Virus record (IMG/VR): IMGVR_UViG_3300044981_000021
Location: 1 to 64,000 of that record
Length of the DNA: 64,000 bases
Reading direction: 5' to 3' (one strand)
Origin: a virus
Shown: positions 57,513 through 64,000 of the stretch, one piece after another
How positions within the stretch are numbered: position 1 is the first letter of the stretch
Layout of the letters: the number at the start of each line of letters is the position of its first letter
Made by a program: the position numbers and the translations under genes
The notes under the pieces: model-generated
The model's database searches: none
What the model was told of the DNA's origin: nothing
The model's input: the letters and a program-made list of their open reading frames with translations, nothing else

Positions 57513-57811
57513 CGGCCACAAGTCAAACTGCAAACTTTCGCTAGCTACTTCGTCCTTCTGCGCTGGGCCACTCACGACGGTTAAGCTCTATCTATCCCAG
57601 CCTTCGGTCGGCTCTTTCCTCCGATTAGGGGCGTCATCTTCCAGACTTTTTGCCAACTTCGTTGGTTCCACTAGAACCATTACTGGATTGCATCTAACTT
57701 CGCCAACGCGACACTAGATCGACTTTCGGGAGCGGGTTAGATACCCGTTGCTTGGCCAAGCATCCCCTCGGCTAGTCGTCCAACCGGCAAGCGGCAGTTT
57801 TTTCGTGGCCG
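57513..57811 (-). ncRNA. candidate ~300-nt structured ncRNA in tRNA array
   Basis: Closing stems CGGCCAC/GTGGCCG and AAACTGC/GCAGTTT; many internal hairpins; no sense-strand ORF in the track. Confidence 0.6.
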
Positions 57812-57833
57812 AAATAAATATAACACGGGAAAA

Positions 57834-57911
57834 TGGTGCAGGATAGTGGACTCGAACCACTCGCCTCGGCTTTCGTAGAACCGCGCTCTAGTCCTGATGA
57901 GCTAATCCTGC
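57834..57911 (-). tRNA. tRNA-Arg(ACG)
   Basis: Loop CTACGAA, CCA. Confidence 0.9.
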
Positions 57912-57916
57912 AAACT

Positions 57917-57991
57917 TGGGAGCGCATAACCGGGTCGAACGGTTGTCTCTTAGGTAGAAGCCAAGGCTCTGTCCTGTTGAGCTAATGCGCC
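57917..57991 (-). tRNA. tRNA-Arg(TCT)
   Basis: Loop CTTCTAC, CCA. Confidence 0.82.
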
Positions 57992-57998
57992 ACAATTC

Positions 57999-58074
57999 TG
58001 GTGGAAGTGAGACGATTCAAACGTCCATCGGCCTACTTAAAAGGTAGGGGTCTTAATCGTTAGACGACACTTCC
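57999..58074 (-). tRNA. tRNA-Lys(TTT)
   Basis: Loop CTTTTAA, CCA. Confidence 0.88.
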
Positions 58075-58079
58075 AAAAC

Positions 58080-58154
58080 TGGTGGAGCGCAATGGACTCG
58101 AACCATTGTTTCCCGAGTAAGGGTCGGGTTGCCTAGCCACTGACGGAGCGCTCC
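58080..58154 (-). tRNA. tRNA-Lys(CTT), C33
   Basis: Loop CCCTTAC, CCA. Confidence 0.8.
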
Positions 58155-58160
58155 TAAAAA

Positions 58161-58238
58161 TGGTGCGGAATATTGGAATTGAACCAATGGCCTCGTCCTT
58201 ATCAGAGACGCGCTCTAAGCCAACTGAGCTAATTCCGC
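58161..58238 (-). tRNA. tRNA-Ile(GAT)
   Basis: Loop CTGATAA, CCA. Confidence 0.9.
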
Positions 58239-58239
58239 A

Positions 58240-58315
58240 TGGTGCCGGAGCCAAGACTCGAACTTGGGACTTCCTGCTTGTAGGGCAGGCACTCTGGCCG
58301 CTGAGTTAATCCGGC
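58240..58315 (-). tRNA. tRNA-Val(TAC), C33
   Basis: Loop CCTACAA, CCA. Confidence 0.85.
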
Positions 58316-58317
58316 AC

Positions 58318-58392
58318 TGGTTGAGGGCGATGGAATCGAACCATCCCGAAACAGTGTTTATAAGACGCCGCAGCGCTCCAGTGCTGCCCTCA
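58318..58392 (-). tRNA. tRNA-Ile(TAT)
   Basis: Loop CTTATAA, CCA; irregular D and anticodon stems. Confidence 0.7.
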
Positions 58393-58397
58393 AAATC

Positions 58398-58473
58398 TGG
58401 TACGAGTGGGAGGAATCGAACCTTCCGACACCGTGGTTATGGGCCACGTAATCTACCACTGATCTACACTCGC
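58398..58473 (-). tRNA. tRNA-CAT (Met or Ile2), C33
   Basis: Loop CCCATAA, CCA. Confidence 0.8.
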
Positions 58474-58698
58474 TCAACTTAAACCGCCTACGCGCCATTT
58501 ATCGTTGATTTGCGCGTATTCCTGCTCAATCTTTCCAACCCGAACCACGGTCCAACGGCGTTCATTCATAAGCGATTCTTCGTGGTCGAAGGTTACGACG
58601 TTACCGCGCTTTAATCTCCACGATGCATCTACCCATGCAGTCGTATGGCGAACACCGCCATTTACTTTACGCTCGAATTGGACTTGAACCATCCTCAT
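58474..58698 (-). CDS. small hypothetical protein in tRNA array
   Basis: Fills the gap between tRNA-Asn and tRNA-CAT. Confidence 0.5.
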   Translation of the reverse strand: MRMVQVQFERKVNGGVRHTTAWVDASWRLKRGNVVTFDHEESLMNERRWTVVRVGKIEQEYAQINDKWRVGGLS

Positions 58699-58705
58699 AA
58701 AAATA

Positions 58706-58793
58706 TGGCTGGCACGAGAGGACTCGAACCTCCAGAGGGTTGCCCCACTTCATTAACAGTGAAGCCCGCTACCAAATTACGGTTTACATGCCA
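58706..58793 (-). tRNA. tRNA-Asn(GTT) with long variable arm
   Basis: Loop CTGTTAA, G73, variable arm TGGGGCAACCCTCT, CCA. Confidence 0.82.
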
Positions 58794-58804
58794 ACGTTGT
58801 CTCC

Positions 58805-58844
58805 AAAACCAAATGGGCCTTCAGGTTAAGTTTTGAAGGCCCAT
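58805..58844 (-). terminator. terminator hairpin between leader 1 and tRNA block 1
   Basis: 11-bp stem ATGGGCCTTCA/TGAAGGCCCAT followed by TTGGTTTT. Confidence 0.75.
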
Positions 58845-58875
58845 CAGGAAAGGAGGATGCAATGAAAATGAACTC

Positions 58876-58947
58876 TTATCCCGAACGCGCCCGCACGACT
58901 CGCATTCTAATGCGATTTCGCTTTTCGCGTTTAGGTATCAAGCTCAT
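58876..58947 (-). CDS. leader peptide 1 MSLIPKREKRNRIRMRVVRARSG (codon sensor for tRNA block 1)
   Basis: 14 of codons 6-21 are K/R/N/I/M/V; ATG 6 nt after the -10 box (leaderless); terminator follows. Confidence 0.78.
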   Translation of the reverse strand: MSLIPKREKRNRIRMRVVRARSG

Positions 58948-58953
58948 TGGTCT

Positions 58954-58982
58954 AATCTACATCAGCGATTTGGGAAAAGCAA
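58954..58982 (-). promoter_or_regulatory. promoter for block 1 (TTGCTT-17-TAGATT)
   Basis: Consensus match; predicted TSS at or next to the leader ATG. Confidence 0.6.
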
Positions 58983-59254
58983 GAAGATTATTGAACACCA
59001 TTCCAAGACTGCAATCCTCGCAATCCAGATTGGATATTACTAAATCCTCCGGTAATGGTTGGCGGCCAATATGGCGAAGTATTTGGATAGCCGAACGGAT
59101 ATGGCTGAATCGTTGGCTGGGTTCTGTAGCGGCCACAAGTAGGACAATAACCACAATTAGGACAGACGCTCCCAAAATGTTGTGCATAATCTGGGTTGAT
59201 TCCTTGGGGTTGATAATTTGCTGATTGAAAATCGTTGTACATGCCGTAATTATA

Positions 59255-60043
59255 CTATTTCCAGGGTGACCCAGAGTGGATAATCTTCAAATCGGTTTGC
59301 GGATCATCGAGAACTTGCAATGGCATCCAAAAGAACCCCGATAAGCCCCATCCCGAACCCCACGAATTTTGAATCAATACGGCGGGAGGGCAACCAACGG
59401 GTCGAAGCGTGGGCGTTTCTCCAACGTCGCATCCAACCATTAAAACTTCGTGCCCTCCCATGACTTCTTCCCCTTGGGCGGGAATGGGCATAATCCCCGT
59501 TTGCGCTAGTTCGTCACTCTCGAAAGATGCATAAACCGTGAATCCAACCTCGATTGGCCATGGAGTTGGGTCGCCAATAACACTTAACGCTGTTTGCGAT
59601 CCCGTTAGGCCATGATAAGCGCCAAGTCTAAATTGTGCGGCATTGGCATCCTGCGAAGTTGTTGGCTTTTCGATATCCCCAGCGATATATGGGTAGACGG
59701 ATAATTCGCAGCACCCACTGACGATCATAGTATTACAGAGCGTTGTACCATCTGCTCCAACGTCGTTTGGAAAGTTGCCTTGGGCGATTAATTCCTTGGC
59801 GTAGGTATATTGCGGAGAGAAAATTGGGGATGCGTTGAGATATTTGCGATGAATTAATTCATTGGCCGATGTCCCGGCATGGCCCGTACACGAACCCTCT
59901 TGGCCTTGGTCTTTTATGGGGCCACACCAAATTCTTAGATCGACCACGGGAGAAGCAATCGTGGCACGAGAAAGCATTCTATGGGCGGGAAGCGGCGCGG
60001 GGATATTGCGTCCGTAGCGCCGCCCAATTGTGCTGATAGCCAT
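59255..60043 (-). CDS. papain-like (C1 family) cysteine peptidase
   Basis: VDLR, DQGQEGSCTGH, GGHEV, IQNSWG..WG..GFF. Confidence 0.9.
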   Translation of the reverse strand: MAISTIGRRYGRNIPAPLPAHRMLSRATIASPVVDLRIWCGPIKDQGQEGSCTGHAGTSANELIHRKYLNASPIFSPQYTYAKELIAQGNFPNDVGADGTTLCNTMIVSGCCELSVYPYIAGDIEKPTTSQDANAAQFRLGAYHGLTGSQTALSVIGDPTPWPIEVGFTVYASFESDELAQTGIMPIPAQGEEVMGGHEVLMVGCDVGETPTLRPVGCPPAVLIQNSWGSGWGLSGFFWMPLQVLDDPQTDLKIIHSGSPWK

Positions 60044-60646
60044 TTACTTCGCTATCCCAAGGGTAACGATGCGGGTGAACTTGCTGTGCTGATGATAAAC
60101 CACCAATTTGGAGCACTTTGCCTCGCCGCCACAAACTTCACTCGTCCAACGAGCCTGAATTCCTTCAGGGGTTAATGGCACGGGAGAGCTAGCCGCAATC
60201 TTAGCCTTTTCCTTTAGGCTTGAAGCGCTAGTTAGTTGTGGCAGGAGGGCCAAAACCGCGCTAAGCGTAGAAGTGATGACGGCATCCCAAGCAGTTACGG
60301 TTTTGACCGCTGCGGGGCTTTGGACGTGTACCGCTGCTAGTTCTGCGGGAAGGTTGGCGTTGAATGTAGTGATGGCCGCCTGCAACTTCTGTAGGTCGGT
60401 AGTAGAGTTGCTAGCTTTCCAGGTGTCGTAATCCTGCTTGATTACGTTCAGCCCTGCGGTAGCAGTTGCCACAAACGCACCTAAAAGAACGGCGTCGGGT
60501 GGACTGACAAGCGCCACGGCGGGGGCTAGAGCGTTGGCCATTTGTAGGACGACGTTAATATCTGCCAGCGCCTGATCTACCGTACACGCGACCATGGCAA
60601 AGCAAAGACTGACTGCGAGGATTGACGAAAGAATTTTGTTCTTCAT
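60044..60646 (-). CDS. putative lipoprotein
   Basis: Signal peptide ending MVA-C. Confidence 0.6.
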   Translation of the reverse strand: MKNKILSSILAVSLCFAMVACTVDQALADINVVLQMANALAPAVALVSPPDAVLLGAFVATATAGLNVIKQDYDTWKASNSTTDLQKLQAAITTFNANLPAELAAVHVQSPAAVKTVTAWDAVITSTLSAVLALLPQLTSASSLKEKAKIAASSPVPLTPEGIQARWTSEVCGGEAKCSKLVVYHQHSKFTRIVTLGIAK

Positions 60647-60650
60647 AGAT

Positions 60651-60923
60651 TTATATTTTACCTACATTGATTGGGGTTGTGTTGGACTTTTCGCTAACTG
60701 CTGCAATAGCAGAACTTGGCGGCTTCATATAAAGCGCCTTCAGGGTCACTAACGCCGTAACGATGGCAGTCCTGGCATAGTGCCTGAGACAAATAGCCGT
60801 AAAACACCCGCCTTCGTCAACCGCGTGGGCGAAGGTTGCTAGAAACGTGGCCCCAAACGTGGTGATGGCAGCCTGCCATGGGGCGGGAAGTGAAGCCCAA
60901 AACTTTTTAATCTTAGCGATCAT
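60651..60923 (-). CDS. putative holin
   Basis: Two hydrophobic segments, next to the endolysin. Confidence 0.5.
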   Translation of the reverse strand: MIAKIKKFWASLPAPWQAAITTFGATFLATFAHAVDEGGCFTAICLRHYARTAIVTALVTLKALYMKPPSSAIAAVSEKSNTTPINVGKI

Positions 60924-61278
60924 TTCCCAAGACTAGCGGAGTTATTAGAGCCAATTCGAGTAGCGCCTGTTGCACGCATCCTGCCAATAATCCCAACCGA
61001 AGTAAAGGCTAATTTTGTCGTTGATGCAATTACTGTTAACCCACAATTCTTCCACGTATGGATCAAGTTCGGGGCCAAAAAGAATCTTAGTGTCTTGAAA
61101 TGTGGTGATTTCTATTTGCGAAGGCGATTCTTTAAGGATGATTACCGCTAGCAGCGCGAGGATGATAAAACTGCAAAACCAGCGCATATAGAGAGGCGGG
61201 CTAGGTGGAGGGTTTTTGGTTCGAGAGAGAGCCTAGCCCGCTTGCCTTGTCGGCGTTGTGATAATAACAGAATGGCAA

Positions 61279-61704
61279 TCATGGATGAGTTGATGCAAGT
61301 CGATAAAAGTGCAGACGCCCCAAATCGCAGGTTTTAACCTGACTGCCATCTTCGGCCCATTTCGGGGGATTTAAATCCAGACTCATATCGAAATAAGAAG
61401 TCGCACCATTTGTTGGATCAGATACGCTAGGCATATCACCGCCAACGTCTCCTGCCACGGCTACACATTCTAGCCACGATGGGTCGTTTTCCATGGGCCA
61501 CTTGGTTGCGTTTGGGTCATTGTGATTGAAGGAAGAAAACTGGTATGGCATCAGGATGACCGTCCAGTACGACCTACCCCACCACCCGGGATTGTTCACA
61601 CGATTGCGGATCGTCCACGCTACGGCTTGCTTGGTTAGCAATAATTCTCCCCTAGCTTCTCGCCAGAGACATAGCGCAAGTAAACATTGATCTTGTGGGG
61701 TCAT
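61279..61704 (-). CDS. cell wall hydrolase (SleB/Hydrolase_2-like), putative endolysin
   Basis: WREARGE, AVAWTIRNRV, YQFSSFN, DPTNGATSY, LHFY. Confidence 0.9.
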   Translation of the reverse strand: MTPQDQCLLALCLWREARGELLLTKQAVAWTIRNRVNNPGWWGRSYWTVILMPYQFSSFNHNDPNATKWPMENDPSWLECVAVAGDVGGDMPSVSDPTNGATSYFDMSLDLNPPKWAEDGSQVKTCDLGRLHFYRLASTHP

Positions 61705-62070
61705 GCACCCTTTCGTCTTACCCTATCCCAGAATACTTGGCTGAATCCACAGGTACATTCTTCCCTAGGTGATGGACATGATCTATCGTGCCCCGAGCAG
61801 GGGATTTCACAAACTGGACGGGAAAAATCATCTAGTTGGTATGACTGCCTTTTTTGAATTGGTTCGCCACAATTGGCGCATTTTAGGGTGTTTACTGCCT
61901 TTAAACTTGGACCTGAATTGAACATTATGAAACCACCATGAACAGCTACGATCTTCGTCTGTGTCGATCCAAGGAAGAGAAACCGCCATATCGGACCTCC
62001 GCGAGCGAGATAAGGATTTTCTCGCTAATCGAAGGACTTTTCAAGCATTATTTTATAAGTCGTTGAGCGA

Positions 62071-63264
62071 CTAGCCAATTTTGCTAAGGATGGAATATAC
62101 GCTAGTGCCAATAAGCCCTTCAGTCTTATTCCACACGTAAGCCTCCGCAGACCGAATCGAGCCGACATAGTTATATTCGGAACTCCATGCATCGGGCGGG
62201 CGAAGAGACGGTAGTATTCTTATGGTTACCCCAGGGAACTCGATTGTTCTCTTGTGGTGTTTATCTCCCGTGTGTGCCTCCCGCCATTTCGTTCTTCCCC
62301 ACATCGCGGGTTGCTCCGCAGCCATGGTTTTTCCGTAGTCTTCGATCTTCCCTGCATGGCCATGGGTAAAGAGAAGCATATTAGTACCGAATTCATAATA
62401 TTTTCTGAACGACGGTTCATTGTTCACATTAACAGCGTTGCAGTTTCTATACCACGACTTCAGGCTGTCGCCCAAATGCCACGCAGATAATGGGTCGTGG
62501 TTTCCGGCCACCAAGACAACATCTACGCTTTTATATTGACCAAGCAGTGCATCAATAGCCCAAATAGAACAATCGCGAGATACGCTGAAAACCTTTTGAT
62601 ACCGACCATCCATGTTCTGCGGTGTTCCTCGTTCCGTGGTTCCAATGCGATTGTCTGCATTTTGCTGATCGTTGCCCAATACAAGTAGCGCTTTATCCGG
62701 CCTGTATCCTTCCGTCCGCGACACTAGCGCAGAAAGCGCGTTTTCCCAACACGTCTTAGCAATTTTCAGATCGTAGTCTTCGCCTCCGGTTTCTTTGCCC
62801 CAAATCAAGGCTCCGAAGTGGTGGTCGTTGATGGAGAACTCGGCTAGCGTTTCTGTTCCCTTGCCTTGTTTAGCTAGCGTCGGATATTTGGGGGAGAACT
62901 TCTCGGCCTTTTTGCGGAGTTCATTTAATTCGCCAAGTGCGGCAACGATTACGGTTTTTCTCCGCAAAAACGCCTTCACTTGGTATAACTCAACGATAAC
63001 GGGATTGGTTTTTGTGCGAACCCATATAGGCTTTCCGTTGACGTATTCTGCGACCTTTGGTTGAGACATTCCCACATCCCATTTATTGCAAATGAAGCGC
63101 TCGACTTCCCAAACGGCTAAATCAATTTTGCAATGCTCGATAAGTTGTTCGAGTGTGTGTATGCGAGTTTTGGGGAGAGAAATCGTCCACAAGTCTCCGG
63201 CTATTTCGCTCGTTTCTTTCGGTGTTTTTGTTTGTGGCACAGGACCAACTTCGGTAATCTTCAT
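62071..63264 (-). CDS. calcineurin-like metallophosphoesterase
   Basis: DHHFG, GND, GNHD, HGH, HTGDKH motifs. Confidence 0.85.
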   Translation of the reverse strand: MKITEVGPVPQTKTPKETSEIAGDLWTISLPKTRIHTLEQLIEHCKIDLAVWEVERFICNKWDVGMSQPKVAEYVNGKPIWVRTKTNPVIVELYQVKAFLRRKTVIVAALGELNELRKKAEKFSPKYPTLAKQGKGTETLAEFSINDHHFGALIWGKETGGEDYDLKIAKTCWENALSALVSRTEGYRPDKALLVLGNDQQNADNRIGTTERGTPQNMDGRYQKVFSVSRDCSIWAIDALLGQYKSVDVVLVAGNHDPLSAWHLGDSLKSWYRNCNAVNVNNEPSFRKYYEFGTNMLLFTHGHAGKIEDYGKTMAAEQPAMWGRTKWREAHTGDKHHKRTIEFPGVTIRILPSLRPPDAWSSEYNYVGSIRSAEAYVWNKTEGLIGTSVYSILSKIG

Positions 63265-63557
63265 TGATTCTCCAGTTGTTTTGAGTATTTACGGGCAGCA
63301 ATAATACCGCGAGGATTACCGAAAACATAAAAACATTTACTGCCGCGATGGTCTAGAAAAGAATAAAAGGAAAGTCTGACATTATGCCGCGCCCAATCGT
63401 AGACCGTTTCCCTGCGACCTATTTGAAGAAGTTCCATAACATCCCAAATAGTCAATACTTCATCGTCGGGAAGGGAATCGAGAATTTCTATTAAGCGATC
63501 TATCTTCGTGGGCAACCTTTTAGTTGCACGCATACGGCGGAGTATAAAGCATGGCAC
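63261..63557 (-). CDS. putative HTH DNA-binding protein
   Basis: VLTIWDVMELLQIGRRETVYDW resembles HTH_17. Confidence 0.5.
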   Translation of the reverse strand: MPCFILRRMRATKRLPTKIDRLIEILDSLPDDEVLTIWDVMELLQIGRRETVYDWARHNVRLSFYSFLDHRGSKCFYVFGNPRGIIAARKYSKQLENQ

Positions 63558-63598
63558 ACTATTTTGTGCAAGTTTATTTTTTCGATGGATCAGAAAAG

Positions 63599-63611
63599 TA
63601 CATTTAACGTA
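63599..63611. repeat. 13-bp palindrome TACATTTAACGTA
   Basis: Family member. Confidence 0.85.
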
Positions 63612-63876
63612 GGTGCTGGCGCACTTCCTCTAGCGTGACCAGCTTCTTAACTTCATCTCTAATTTCTCTCAGCGTTTCGCCCATTCCTTGATTTGCTAGT
63701 TCCTCTCTTACGGCGATCCGGAATTCCGTTTTCCAATAATCCACCGACTTCTCCCCTGAATTACCGTTGCCATTCCTGCCGTTTCTAATCTTGGCTACAA
63801 ACGTGAAGGTTTTGTCGAGGACGAGGACGCAGAAGGCGCAAGCCCCCGCTAGTTCTGGCATTGAGATATCGGGCAT
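63604..63876 (-). CDS. small membrane protein
   Basis: One TM segment plus charged tail. Confidence 0.5.
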   Translation of the reverse strand: MPDISMPELAGACAFCVLVLDKTFTFVAKIRNGRNGNGNSGEKSVDYWKTEFRIAVREELANQGMGETLREIRDEVKKLVTLEEVRQHLR

Positions 63877-64000
63877 GGCGAACTCCAATTTGGCGAAGTT
63901 TCTAAAACGCCAAGTAGATGCCATTCTAGGGGAGTTGCTACTTGCGCCATTTGACGGTAACTTCTGGGCGTGGATATAGCACTAGGAGACGTTCACACAT

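Noticed and set aside
57513-57811. RNase P RNA or tmRNA identity for the 300-nt RNA
   Set aside because: GAGGAAAG is present but misplaced, the CR-V consensus is missing, and there is no tRNA-like CCA end or tag reading frame.
50894-58836. ORF-track entries overlapping tRNA genes (e.g. 50894, 51136, 53477, 54243, 55162, 57430, 58264)
   Set aside because: Spurious frames across tRNA or ncRNA sequence.
1-64000. CRISPR array, diversity-generating retroelement, integrase/att site
   Set aside because: No regularly spaced repeat-spacer units, no reverse transcriptase or TR/VR pair, and no recombinase seen by eye. The Cas4-like gene sits with a Sak4-like ATPase as a recombination module.

Overview
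The window is part of a tailed-phage (or prophage) genome, coded almost entirely on the minus strand. No integrase, att site or host gene is visible. It carries: glycosylation and methylation genes; an N4-gp56-type major capsid gene split by three small group I introns; scaffold, portal and terminase genes; signal-peptide-bearing fibre/adhesin-like proteins; a primase-helicase, a Sak4-like AAA protein and a Cas4-like exonuclease; many free-standing endonucleases; a 31-tRNA array; and lysis genes. The main discovery is that the tRNA array is split into three blocks, each preceded by a 23-codon micro-ORF (all 72 nt, all starting CCAATGA) whose codons match the tRNAs of the block downstream. The blocks are K/R/N/I/M/V, Q/F/H/A/D/C/P/T/G/E(+W), and L/S/Y. 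Two of the leaders are followed by terminator hairpins, and one has a classical 1:2/2:3/3:4 attenuator layout. This suggests a modular system that senses tRNA depletion and replenishes the missing tRNAs. Other unexplained structure includes a 13-bp palindrome TACRTTNAAYGTA found 10 times across the window, two candidate ncRNAs, a 34-nt tRNA minihelix, C33 in six anticodon loops, and a phosphatase carrying copies of the capsid N-terminal motif. All calls were made by eye without database searches.
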